Shown here: in pieces, positions 36,976-46,354 of the stretch
Layout: each line of letters opens with the position of its first letter
How positions within the stretch are numbered: the stretch's first letter is position 1
NCBI GenBank assembly: GCA_018399255.1
Contig: JAGYPA010000006.1
Location: 12,529 to 76,528, forward strand
DNA from: Spirochaetales bacterium
Lineage (GTDB): Bacteria > Spirochaetota > Spirochaetia > JABMQR01
Direction: 5' to 3'
DNA: 64,000 bases
Notes under the pieces: model-generated
Database searches by the model: none
Told to the model about the DNA's origin: nothing
Seen by the model: the letters and a program-made list of their open reading frames with translations, nothing else
Program-made: the position numbers and the translations under genes

Positions 36976-38967
36976 CTATTTCAGCGGAAATATGTTACGC
37001 TCCTGCAGAAAGCTCACTACCGATTCAACACTCTCCTCCAGTTCGGCAGGGAACAGCGTGAGATCCGGTTTCCGCGGCACATCGTACGGAGCGTCGAGCC
37101 CGGGTATCTGATCAACGGTTCCCGCATCGGCCCTGTCATAGAGGTCATCGGTAGTATGGCTGCGGCAGTAGTCGATATCGGCATCCATATAGAGCAGGCT
37201 GAACTGCTCTTCCCCGACTATCTCGGAGAGCTGCAGGCGGATATCTTCGCACGGTGAGACAAATGAGCAGAGGGTGATAATTCCCTGTTCGTTCAGAATC
37301 CGGCAGATATAGGCCACGCGGCGCAGATGCTCGGCCCGGTCGGCAGGCGAAAAGTCCAGCTCCCGGCTCAAACCCGAACGGATTACGCTGCCGTCCAGCA
37401 CCACCGTCTTGGCTCCCAGATTGAACAGCCGCCGTTCGAGGGCATATACCAGCTCCTTCTTGCCGGACCCGTGCAGGCCGGTTATCCAGAGTGTTACCCC
37501 CCGCTGGTTGTACCGCTCCTCACGCTTTTTCCTATGCACCAGGCTGCGCCCGGAGGCAATATGGCGGCGGTCGTTTTCGGTTATCCGGCTCGGCAGGTCG
37601 TTGCTGTCCATCCGGTCGATAATCATGCCCACGGCCGAGGTGTTGTGGCTGACCGGGTCGATGAGGATGAAGGATCCCGTCTGGCGGTTTTTGGTGTAGG
37701 GATCGAAATAGATCGGTTTTGAGGCGGTTATGACTACCCGCGCTATTTCGTTGAGCTCAAGGGGCCGGGCATCGCTGGATTTGTGCAGCGTGTTGACATC
37801 GATCTGATAGCGGATTTCGTCGATCCGGGCCCGCGTCGTGTTGGCTGTCTGCTTGATGTAGAACTGGGTATCGGGGGTCAGCGGCTGCTCGTCCATCCAG
37901 ACCAGGGTCGCCTCGAAATGCTTTTCCACGCGCGGTACATTGTGGGGATGCACCAGCATGTCGCCCCGGGAAACATCTATTTCATCTTCCAGGGTTATGG
38001 TTACCGACTGGGGAGGAAAGGCGTATTCCAGCTCCCCATCATAGGTGACGATTGAGCTGACCGTGCTCTGTCGCCGGGAGGGCAGCGCCATGATCCGGTC
38101 GCCCTTGCGGATGATGCCCGATGCGATCTGGCCACTGAAGCCGCGGAAGGTCCGGGATGGTCTCAGCACATACTGTACCGGATAGCGGAGGTCGATAAAG
38201 TTGCGGTCGCTGACAATATGGATGGATTCGAGGAGTTCCAGGATGCTTGGGCCCCGGTACCAGGGCATCTGCACGGTCGGTTCCACGACGTTATCCCCTT
38301 TGAGGGCTGAGAGGGGGATAAAGTGGAGATCGGGGATGTCGAGCCGGGTGACGAATTCCCGGTAGTCGCGGCAGATTGCATCAAAAATATCCTGGCGATA
38401 GTCCACGAGGTCCATCTTGTTGACGGCTACCACTACGTGCCGGATGCCCAGCAGGTTTACGAGAAAAGTGTGGCGCCGGGTCTGGGTGAGCACCCCCTGC
38501 GATGCATCGATAAGGAGGATCGCCAGATCGGCGGTCGAGCCCCCGGTGATCATATTCCGGGTGTACTGCTCATGACCCGGGGTGTCGGCTATGATGAATT
38601 TACGTTTATTTGTGGAGAAGTAGCGGTAGGCGACATCGATCGTGATTCCCTGCTCCCGCTCTGCCTTGAGCCCGTCGAGCAGGAGGGCATAGTCGATCTC
38701 TTCTCCTGCATGCCCTTCCCGTTTACTGTCAGCCTCGAGGGATGCGAGCTGATCTTCATAGAGTTTTTTGCTGTCAAACAGCAGACGCCCGATCAGGGTC
38801 GACTTGCCGTCATCCACCGAGCCGGCGGTCAGCAGCCTCAGCAGATCCTTCTTCTCATCCTGGTCGAGAAAGGCGTTGATATCAACCGCCGGATTTACCG
38901 CTTCCCATGCTTCCACGGTTCGACTCTTATTGCTGTCGATAGCTCTGTCGTTAGGATTATCTTTCAT
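36976..38967 (-). CDS. cysN: sulfate adenylyltransferase subunit 1 fused to an APS-kinase-like domain (CysNC architecture)
   Basis: 663-aa ORF. The GTPase motifs are [21 protein letters not shown] and NKMD. The C-terminal ~180 aa are APS-kinase-like with altered motifs ([13 protein letters not shown]). Confidence 0.9.
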   Translation of the reverse strand: MKDNPNDRAIDSNKSRTVEAWEAVNPAVDINAFLDQDEKKDLLRLLTAGSVDDGKSTLIGRLLFDSKKLYEDQLASLEADSKREGHAGEEIDYALLLDGLKAEREQGITIDVAYRYFSTNKRKFIIADTPGHEQYTRNMITGGSTADLAILLIDASQGVLTQTRRHTFLVNLLGIRHVVVAVNKMDLVDYRQDIFDAICRDYREFVTRLDIPDLHFIPLSALKGDNVVEPTVQMPWYRGPSILELLESIHIVSDRNFIDLRYPVQYVLRPSRTFRGFSGQIASGIIRKGDRIMALPSRRQSTVSSIVTYDGELEYAFPPQSVTITLEDEIDVSRGDMLVHPHNVPRVEKHFEATLVWMDEQPLTPDTQFYIKQTANTTRARIDEIRYQIDVNTLHKSSDARPLELNEIARVVITASKPIYFDPYTKNRQTGSFILIDPVSHNTSAVGMIIDRMDSNDLPSRITENDRRHIASGRSLVHRKKREERYNQRGVTLWITGLHGSGKKELVYALERRLFNLGAKTVVLDGSVIRSGLSRELDFSPADRAEHLRRVAYICRILNEQGIITLCSFVSPCEDIRLQLSEIVGEEQFSLLYMDADIDYCRSHTTDDLYDRADAGTVDQIPGLDAPYDVPRKPDLTLFPAELEESVESVVSFLQERNIFPLK

Positions 38968-39878
38968 TAAAAGTACCCCTCCCGCTTTTTCTGCTCCATG
39001 CTGGCAGACTGGTCAAAATCGATCACCCGGGTGGTTCGCTCCGACTGCTGTACGGTCATCATCTCTTCCACAATCTTCTCGATGGTATCGGCATCGGACT
39101 CCACCGCCCCGGTTAGCGGGTAGCAGCCGAGAGTCCGGAAGCGCACCATCCGCATTTTTGCCTGCTTCCGCAGCTCTTCCGGCATCCGCTCGTCATCCAC
39201 CATGATCAGGTTGCCGTCAATTTCCACGATCGGCCGCTCTTTGGCATAGTAGAGGGGGACAATGGGGATATGTTCCAGCCGGATGTACTGCCAGATGTCC
39301 AGTTCGGTCCAGTTGGAGATGGGGAAGACCCGGATGGACTCGCCTTTATGCACCCGTGCGTTGTAGATGCTCCACAGTTCGGGCCGCTGGTTCTTGGGGT
39401 CCCACTGGTGGCTGCGGTCGCGGAAGCTGAAAATACGTTCTTTGGCCCGCGACTTCTCCTCGTCACGGCGAGCTCCGCCGAAGGCGGCATCAAACTTGTG
39501 CAGGGTAAGGCCCTGCAGCAGCGCCTGGGTTTTCATGATGTCGGTATGCACCTTGCTGCCGTGGGTAAAGGGTCCGACGCCGTTCTTCTTTCCCTCTTTA
39601 TTGTAGTGGACGATGAGATTCCAGCCCATTTCCTTGGCGTAGTCGTCGCGGAACTTGATCATTTCCTTGAATTTCCACTGGGAATCGATGTGCATCAGGG
39701 GAAAGGGAACTTTTCCGGGGGCGAAGGCTTTTTCTGCCAGCCGCACCATGACTGAGGAGTCTTTCCCGATAGAGTAGAGCATGACGGGGTTCTCAAACTC
39801 GGCCGCCACCTCCCGGATGATATGGATTGCTTCTGCTTCCAGCTGCTTCAGATGGGAGAGATTATAGGATTCCTGCAT
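38967..39878 (-). CDS. cysD: sulfate adenylyltransferase subunit 2
   Basis: 303-aa ORF with a PAPS-reductase-fold N-terminus ([17 protein letters not shown]). The stop and start overlap with cysN. Confidence 0.93.
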   Translation of the reverse strand: MQESYNLSHLKQLEAEAIHIIREVAAEFENPVMLYSIGKDSSVMVRLAEKAFAPGKVPFPLMHIDSQWKFKEMIKFRDDYAKEMGWNLIVHYNKEGKKNGVGPFTHGSKVHTDIMKTQALLQGLTLHKFDAAFGGARRDEEKSRAKERIFSFRDRSHQWDPKNQRPELWSIYNARVHKGESIRVFPISNWTELDIWQYIRLEHIPIVPLYYAKERPIVEIDGNLIMVDDERMPEELRKQAKMRMVRFRTLGCYPLTGAVESDADTIEKIVEEMMTVQQSERTTRVIDFDQSASMEQKKREGYF

Positions 39879-39990
39879 ATACGCTCCTCTTCCTGCCGCG
39901 GCAGGGGGATTGTGCAGCGAAGGTTTCTACGGTAAATCCTCGCTATGTTCATAAGAACATAATCTTTTTACCGGTTTTTTTCAACATGTG

Positions 39991-40061
39991 AAGGATCCGG
40001 CGGCAGATACCGAATTCCGCAATTTGTCACGGTTTTTTTGAGGGATCCGGTGTCAGACACC
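39991..40061 (+). repeat. conserved intergenic module ending in GGTGTCAGACACC
   Basis: CGAATTCCGCAATTTGTCACGGTTTTTTTGAGGGATCCGGTGTCAGACACC resembles the reverse complement of 61668-61735. Confidence 0.75.
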
Positions 40062-40164
40062 GTCCAGGCACCGTCCAGGCATTCCAGGCACTCACCCGTG
40101 CGGATTCACCCTTTTGGATGATGCAATTCATCCCCCTCAGCGATAGGTTTGGACCGTTTCCTCA

Positions 40165-40181
40165 GATACTATAATAGTATC
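40165..40181. promoter_or_regulatory. 17-bp palindrome GATACTAT-A-ATAGTATC containing a TATAAT box
   Basis: Lies 86 nt upstream of the RND exporter start. It shares the AGATACTAT half-site with the putP inverted repeat. Confidence 0.4.
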
Positions 40182-40266
40182 AGGAAGCCTGCTTAGAATG
40201 AGTACCCGCAGGCGACCTATTACAGGCGACCTATTACAGGCAGCATGATGCGGAAGGCAGAAAAGC

Positions 40267-43182
40267 ATGGAAAAGAGTAAACCTGAATCCCCGAAAGATC
40301 CCGATATCCCGTCAACTTCAACGTCTTCGTCAACGTTAACCCCTTCGCCAACGACTTCGTCAACGCCTTCGTCTTCGATATCCCCATCAGCATCGCCATC
40401 ATCAGCATCGAATCCTCCCCCATCGGGACCCTCCCCCTCGGCCCGGCGCCTTCGGGACCGCATCGTTCTCGCGGTCGGCATCATCCTGACGCTGCTGAGC
40501 ATAAGCCAGCTTCCCCGTATCCGCATCGACAGCTCAACCGATGTCTTTATTCCCCGGAATCATGAGATTCAGCAGATAAATGCCGAGATCGAGCGGGAAT
40601 TTTCTTCCATATCACCTATGATCATGGGAATCGAGGTCAGGTTCGGGAGTGTGTTTGATCCTGAGGTTATTGATCTTGTCGATCGCATTACTCGTGAGCT
40701 CGAGGCGCATCCGGGTGTCGAACGGGTTGTCTCGCTGACCAATCTCGACTATATCCGGGGCAGTGAGTTTGGTCTGGAGGTTGTTCCGGTGCTGGAAGAT
40801 ACCTCGCCGCAGGGGCTTGAAGATTTCAGAAAGCGCATTGCCGACTGGAAGGATGTCTATGTGGGAACCTGCATTTCCCGGGATGAGACGTTTACGGTTA
40901 TCATCGTCCAGCCCGATGAGGGCAGCAATGATGAGCGCAGCGAGGAAATCTACCGGGTTATGGAGCAGCTTGTCCAGGCCAATGTATCGCCTGATCTCAA
41001 TTTTGTGCTCGCCGGTCTGCCTATTATAAAGAGTGAAATCAACCGGAGTGTTCTCTCGGATATTTTCTGGCTGATTCCTATTGCTGCCCTGATTATCCTG
41101 GCGATTCTGTGGGGCGCTTTTCGGCGGTGGGAGGGGGTCGTCTTTCCCCTGCTCTGTCTGCTGATGGCTATGCTCTGGTGTCTGGGGCTTATCGGGCTGC
41201 TGGGCATTACCTTTACCATGGCAACGCTGCTGGTTCCGGTTCTTTTGCTGGTGGTCGGCAGCGCATACGGGATCCATCTGCTCAGCCATTTTTTTCATGA
41301 GGTTACGCAGCAGAAGGGGTTTCTCGATATTTCTGCGGTAAATTGGATTATCCAGCGCAATCAGCAGCAGATTGTGCGACCGATTCTGCTGGCCGGTATG
41401 ACGACGGCGGGTGGTTTTCTGGCGCTTCTCTCCAGTCCTCTTGGGCCCTTCAGGATGTTCGGTCTGCTGAGTGCCGTCGGTATCGGTTTCTCGCTGCTTG
41501 CGTCCCTCGTCGGTATCCCCGTTTTCCTGCGTATGCGCTACAGGAAGGGGATCGATGCCGATCAGTTTCACCTTACCGACAGAAATGGTGCCCGCCGCAC
41601 TACCCTGCCCATTTTTTCTCTTTTTGAGCAGATTATTGCAAGGAAAAAGTGGCTGGTCATTTCTGTATCCCTGGGCGTACTGGCAGCTGCGGTACTGCTG
41701 GTGCCGCAGGTTACCGTCGGCACCGACATGATCAAATTTTTTCACAAGAACTCGCCAATTGCTGCCGATACCGAGGTTTTCAATACTCACCGGATCGGCA
41801 GCAATACCGTTTCCATTCTTATCGAAGCGCCGGAAAAGGGGGCTGTTCTGGATCCCGGATTTCTTGCGGATGTGGAGAAGTTTGCCGATTACCTTACATC
41901 CCGCACCGATACCGTCATGAATATCCAGTCGATCGTTCCGCACATCAAGCGGATTAATCAGCTGATGCATGTTGATGCTGATATTGACGCGGGGGCTGAT
42001 GCTGACGTGGGGGCTGATGCTGACGCGGGGGCTGATGGCGGGCTGGGGTTTGCGGATATTTTTTCCGATTTCAGCCCGGTTTCCGATCCCGGTCTGGACA
42101 GTGATCCGGACTTTGGCTTTGGTACAGAATCGGGCTTTGATACAGAATCGGTTTCGGGTACAGAATCGGTTTCGTATGCAGAATCGGGCTCCAGCACTCT
42201 TAATAAGCAACGTGATTACTCAGAAGGCACCTCCGACCCCGATGATACCTCCGACCCCGCTTCCGCAACCTCTGTCGAGGCCGCCGATCGTGCTGCCGCC
42301 CTCCTCCGGGAAGGGTATCTGCAGGCCGGCCTGAACCCCGCTGTCGACGAGGTTATCGAGGCCGTTCTCAGGATCCGCAACACTGCTGGAGCCGACTACT
42401 ACGAAATACCGCAGGATCCTGAAAAATACGGTCTGGAAAACGCCAACGAGCTGAAAAACCTTCTCGCCCAGTATCTCGTCATCTACTCAGGAAATCTCGG
42501 CGATCTGATAAATGACAGCCTCGAACCCGACAAGACCGTCATCACCCTGCAGGTAGGCAACGATTCCTACACCGAACAGGCTCAGCTGCAGCACATGATT
42601 TCTGACTTCTGGGACTTTCATATTCCCGAGGGATGGAGCTATCGCGTCGGCGGCGGATCCACCCTGGCCTATGTGCTCTCTGCCCTGGTGACGCGCTCTC
42701 AGTACGTTTCACTGATCGGAGCCCTGATTATCGTCTGGATCCTCATCTCATTGATGTTCAAATCGCCGACAGCCGGACTATTTGCCATGGTACCGGTCCT
42801 TTTCGCCCTGGCCGGCATATTCATCTGCATGGTGCTCTTCAACTTTCAGCTCGACATTATTACCTCCCTGCTTGCATCGCTGGCCATCGGCATCGGAGCA
42901 GACTACGGCATCCATCTGCTCGATGCCTACCGCAGGCATCGACATGAAGGCAAGGATATCGTTGTCCACCGCGTATTCCAGTCCACCGGCAAAGCCATCT
43001 ACATCAATGCGGTATCAGTAGCCCTGGGATTTATGGGACTGGTGATTTCCCGCTTTACCCCGATAAAACAGATGGGCATTCTCTTTGCCGTAGCCATGCT
43101 GTCTGCAGGACTTGCAAGTCTCATCGTCCTGCCGCTGATCCTGCAGAAGTGGGATCCTGAAGCAGTCAAAAAAAGGAGTTAA
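40267..43182 (+). CDS. RND-superfamily exporter, COG1033/MMPL-like (two SSD-type 6-TM bundles)
   Basis: 971-aa ORF with two homologous TM bundles (LVVGSAYGIHLLSHF and AIGIGADYGIHLLDAY). It also has an S/T/P-rich N-terminal extension and a central acidic repeat insert. Confidence 0.85.
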   Translation: MEKSKPESPKDPDIPSTSTSSSTLTPSPTTSSTPSSSISPSASPSSASNPPPSGPSPSARRLRDRIVLAVGIILTLLSISQLPRIRIDSSTDVFIPRNHEIQQINAEIEREFSSISPMIMGIEVRFGSVFDPEVIDLVDRITRELEAHPGVERVVSLTNLDYIRGSEFGLEVVPVLEDTSPQGLEDFRKRIADWKDVYVGTCISRDETFTVIIVQPDEGSNDERSEEIYRVMEQLVQANVSPDLNFVLAGLPIIKSEINRSVLSDIFWLIPIAALIILAILWGAFRRWEGVVFPLLCLLMAMLWCLGLIGLLGITFTMATLLVPVLLLVVGSAYGIHLLSHFFHEVTQQKGFLDISAVNWIIQRNQQQIVRPILLAGMTTAGGFLALLSSPLGPFRMFGLLSAVGIGFSLLASLVGIPVFLRMRYRKGIDADQFHLTDRNGARRTTLPIFSLFEQIIARKKWLVISVSLGVLAAAVLLVPQVTVGTDMIKFFHKNSPIAADTEVFNTHRIGSNTVSILIEAPEKGAVLDPGFLADVEKFADYLTSRTDTVMNIQSIVPHIKRINQLMHVDADIDAGADADVGADADAGADGGLGFADIFSDFSPVSDPGLDSDPDFGFGTESGFDTESVSGTESVSYAESGSSTLNKQRDYSEGTSDPDDTSDPASATSVEAADRAAALLREGYLQAGLNPAVDEVIEAVLRIRNTAGADYYEIPQDPEKYGLENANELKNLLAQYLVIYSGNLGDLINDSLEPDKTVITLQVGNDSYTEQAQLQHMISDFWDFHIPEGWSYRVGGGSTLAYVLSALVTRSQYVSLIGALIIVWILISLMFKSPTAGLFAMVPVLFALAGIFICMVLFNFQLDIITSLLASLAIGIGADYGIHLLDAYRRHRHEGKDIVVHRVFQSTGKAIYINAVSVALGFMGLVISRFTPIKQMGILFAVAMLSAGLASLIVLPLILQKWDPEAVKKRS
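41974..42048 (+). repeat. in-frame 18-nt tandem repeat (GADADA/V units)
   Basis: GCTGATGCTGACGYGGGG occurs three times inside the RND CDS. Confidence 0.9.
42121..42192 (+). repeat. in-frame 18-nt degenerate tandem repeat (TESGF/TESVS units)
   Basis: ACAGAATCGG-containing units occur four times inside the RND CDS. Confidence 0.8.
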
Positions 43183-43186
43183 CAAC

Positions 43187-44053
43187 ATGGTGTCAAACAC
43201 CCCTGAAATCGTCCGTCGTAAAATCATCCGCCCTGAAATCATCCTTCGTAAAATCGCCGTCATCTTTATTGCTTTTACACTTGGCAGTTTTTTTGCCGTC
43301 TCAGCTGTCCCGACGACCCCGACCGGCGCAGAAATCATGCAGAACATGAGCAACGCCCAGCAAACTACAACCTCGGCGATGGATATCCAGATGACCCTGA
43401 TCGATGCCGGAGGAGATACCAGCATCCGCCGTTTCCAGACCCTTGTAGACAGCAGCGGCGATCAGACAAAGACTGTAACGGTTTTCCTCTCCCCCGAGTC
43501 GGTCAAAAACACCCGTTTCCTGACCATCTCGGATTCTGGCAGCCAAGGCCGGGACCAGGGACAGGACAGCCAGTGGATATACCTCCCCGCTTTGCGCAAG
43601 GTAAAACGGATATCGGCCGGGGAGCGCGACAGCTCCTTCATGGGCTCCGACTTTACCTATGCCGATATGGGTGATATCGATGATGTGGAAACCTCAGACC
43701 ATACCCTGCTGGGCGAAGAGCAGGCTGCACAGTTCAACTGCTACGTTGTCGAATCGATACCCCGCCCCGACAACCCTTCAGCCTATGGGAAAACGGTCAC
43801 CTGGATTGACAAAGAGTCCTGGCTGGCTGTAAGGGTGCTGTTTTATCAGTCTGACCGTGAAACCGTGCAAAAAGAGCTCAACTGCGAAGCTCTCGGTCGG
43901 AGCGGTGACGAATGGTATACCAGGAAAGTCGTGATGGAGAACAAGGCTGACGGTCACCGGACGCTCATGGAAATCCTGCAGGTCCGCTTCGGCATACCCC
44001 TCAATCCAGGGTATTTTACGACAGCCTATCTGGAAACGGGAAAAGTGAGGTAA
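43187..44053 (+). CDS. outer-membrane lipoprotein-sorting (LolA-like, PF17131-type) protein
   Basis: 288-aa ORF. QWIYLPALRKVKRISAGERDSSFMGSDFTYADM matches the family signature (W-x-YLPAL-x-[KR]-x-RRIS...SFMGSDF[ST]YED). It starts 4 nt after the RND gene. Confidence 0.8.
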   Translation: MVSNTPEIVRRKIIRPEIILRKIAVIFIAFTLGSFFAVSAVPTTPTGAEIMQNMSNAQQTTTSAMDIQMTLIDAGGDTSIRRFQTLVDSSGDQTKTVTVFLSPESVKNTRFLTISDSGSQGRDQGQDSQWIYLPALRKVKRISAGERDSSFMGSDFTYADMGDIDDVETSDHTLLGEEQAAQFNCYVVESIPRPDNPSAYGKTVTWIDKESWLAVRVLFYQSDRETVQKELNCEALGRSGDEWYTRKVVMENKADGHRTLMEILQVRFGIPLNPGYFTTAYLETGKVR

Positions 44054-44055
44054 TT

Positions 44056-45486
44056 ATGAAGACCTTGATATGTGTTATGTTGATGATATGGTTGAGCTTT
44101 TCCGTCTACGCTGAAGACGGATTCACGGAAATCTTCGGTCCTGAATCCCAGTCCGGCACGGACAGCCAGTCCGGCGCAGATCCCCAGTCAGGCGCAGTTC
44201 CCCAGTCCATAATGAACCCCCAGTCCGCCCCAGCCCAGCCCTCTTTGCCGATACCCGCAGCACCCTCCCTGACCGCTTCGATAAGCGGCGAACTGGGTTT
44301 CAGCCATCGGTTATTTCTGGATGACGGGTGGAACAGCGAGCAGGTATTTTCCCCGGAGGGCAGCATATCGCTTCTTCTTGATTCGGGATCGTCCGAACTT
44401 CATGCCCGGCTGGGGATCAACGATGCTCAGTCTGCGGGCGATCGGACCATACAGCTCGATCTCGAGGAACTGTTCATCCGTTCCTACTTTCCGTTCGGAT
44501 TTGTCGATGCCGGTCTGATGGTTATTGCTTGGGGCACGGGAGAGAGCGGGCATGCCGTTGACCCGCTTAACCCCCTCTCCTATAAGTCAGGATTTCCTGA
44601 CAACCTCAATGATGCCAAACAGGCAGAGCTGATGGCCAGAATCAATCTCTATCTGGGCTACAACGGAAAAGTTGAACTTGTATATCTGCCATTTTTTCAT
44701 CCGCTGCTGATGGCCGATTCCGGACGCTGGGCAGCCGCAGACACTTCAGCGCTGCCGAACCTGCAGGATCCACCCGTCACTGAAACCTGGGAGTATGCCC
44801 AGGCGGCAGCCAGGATAAGCGGTACCGTCGGCGGCATGGACCTGGGACTGCTCTACTTTTATGGGTTCAGACATGAACCGGGGTATACATTCACCACCAC
44901 TTTTACCGGTCCAGACCCCATGGATCCCAATGACTATACAACCACGACCACCACAGCCTATACCCGGGGGCACCTGATCGGTGCCGAGGCGGCTGCCGCT
45001 GCAGGGCCTTTTACCTTCCGCGGCGAGGCGGGATTCTGGCTGAGCGAGGACAGGGACGGCTCCGAAGCGCACCTCTGCAACAGCCGGATTGAGTGGCTGG
45101 CCGGCATCGATTATCGCATTCCCGGAACCACGGTGTTTCTCATGGTTGAGGAGCTGGGATCCTATGTGCTGCAGTACGATGGTCTGAGCGCTCAGGATGC
45201 TGACCGCATGCGCACCTATGATTCCGCTCTCACCAATACGCTGACTGCGGCTGCAGAGGCCTCCTTTGCCCGGGAAACCATCAATGTGCGACTCAGCGGC
45301 ACCTATCTGGTTGAGGCCGAGGGGTATCTGATTAAACCTGAAGTTACCTGGCGCATCGACGACAATCTTCAGCTGACCCTTGGCGGAACCCTTGTCGGCG
45401 GGGCAGACCCGGGGGACTCATTCAGCCCCTTCTATGCCTGGCGGGATAACGACTATATCGAAATTACCGCTTCTTTCCTGCTATAA
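44056..45486 (+). CDS. secreted, probable outer-membrane beta-barrel protein (DUF1302-like)
   Basis: 476-aa ORF with the signal peptide MKTLICVMLMIWLSFSVYA. GLMVIAWGTGESGHAVDPLNP resembles the DUF1302 G-x-Q-x-[IV]-x-WGE motif. It starts 2 nt after the LolA-like gene. Confidence 0.55.
   Translation: MKTLICVMLMIWLSFSVYAEDGFTEIFGPESQSGTDSQSGADPQSGAVPQSIMNPQSAPAQPSLPIPAAPSLTASISGELGFSHRLFLDDGWNSEQVFSPEGSISLLLDSGSSELHARLGINDAQSAGDRTIQLDLEELFIRSYFPFGFVDAGLMVIAWGTGESGHAVDPLNPLSYKSGFPDNLNDAKQAELMARINLYLGYNGKVELVYLPFFHPLLMADSGRWAAADTSALPNLQDPPVTETWEYAQAAARISGTVGGMDLGLLYFYGFRHEPGYTFTTTFTGPDPMDPNDYTTTTTTAYTRGHLIGAEAAAAAGPFTFRGEAGFWLSEDRDGSEAHLCNSRIEWLAGIDYRIPGTTVFLMVEELGSYVLQYDGLSAQDADRMRTYDSALTNTLTAAAEASFARETINVRLSGTYLVEAEGYLIKPEVTWRIDDNLQLTLGGTLVGGADPGDSFSPFYAWRDNDYIEITASFLL
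44149..44229 (+). repeat. in-frame 18-nt tandem repeat x4.5 (QSGxDx units)
   Basis: CAGTCCGGCGCAGATCCC variants lie just after the signal peptide. Confidence 0.9.
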
Positions 45487-45537
45487 AGAGGGTTGTGCTG
45501 ATATAGCAAGAATTCTGCAAAGGCAGCCCCACCTTCA

Positions 45538-46305
45538 CTACCCGGCGGTCAGCAGCGATGCACTGGCGGAGTCCAGATAGAGAACTGCTCCGGCACGAGT
45601 GCGCAGAATCGAAGCCGGGCAGGATTCATCCACCGGCCCTTCGAGAGCGGACTTAACTGCCTGCGCCTTAAGCGGCCCGGGAACCACGCAGATAATCCGG
45701 GAAGGATTTGTGAGGACCGGAATTGTGAGGGTCAGGGCCTGCAGCGGGACTTCCCCGATAGATGAAAAACAGCCGTCATTCACCTGCTGCGTGCGGCATT
45801 CTCCATCGAGATCAACCACTTTCACCAGATCCGGATCATCAAAGCGGGCCGCATGCGGATCGTTAAAGGCGATATGGCCGTTCTCTCCGATTCCCATGCA
45901 GACGATATCGGGCGGGTTCTGCTCGAGCAGGCTGCTGCAGCGCCGGCACTCTTCCTGCGAATCCGCCTGGGAATTAATATAGTAGACCGCGCCGAAGGGA
46001 ACCCGGTCGAATAGTTTATCCCGAAGGAAATTGCCGAACCCTTGGGGCGCATCGGCAGTGAGACCGATATACTCATCCATATGAAATCCCCGGACATTTT
46101 CCCAGGGAATATCCGAAGCAGCGGTAAGGGCTTCAAGAAACTCGTTCTGCGAAGGAGCCGCCGCAAATATCATATTCACCACTTTTTTCCTGGCGGCCAT
46201 ATCCCGGATAGCCTCTGCAGTCTGCCTGGCAGCCGCCTGGCCCATCTGTATCCGATCTTCATACACCTCTACCGTCAGTTTATTATATACTTTTGACCAG
46301 AGCAC
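45538..46305 (-). CDS. nagB: glucosamine-6-phosphate deaminase
   Basis: 255-aa ORF of the NagB/6-PGL family (NMIFAAAPSQNEF, MGIGENGHIAFNDP). Confidence 0.88.
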   Translation of the reverse strand: MLWSKVYNKLTVEVYEDRIQMGQAAARQTAEAIRDMAARKKVVNMIFAAAPSQNEFLEALTAASDIPWENVRGFHMDEYIGLTADAPQGFGNFLRDKLFDRVPFGAVYYINSQADSQEECRRCSSLLEQNPPDIVCMGIGENGHIAFNDPHAARFDDPDLVKVVDLDGECRTQQVNDGCFSSIGEVPLQALTLTIPVLTNPSRIICVVPGPLKAQAVKSALEGPVDESCPASILRTRAGAVLYLDSASASLLTAG

Positions 46306-46354
46306 GCTCCCGCCCTCCTCTTTTTTTTATCTACGGCAATCCCCGATCCGTTGA

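Noticed and set aside
39879-40140. Riboswitch (for example SAM/S-box) in the cysD leader
   Set aside because: I recognise no S-box or other riboswitch consensus. I see only a CCTGCCGCGGCAGG hairpin next to the RBS and the repeat module. Excluding a riboswitch properly needs cmscan.
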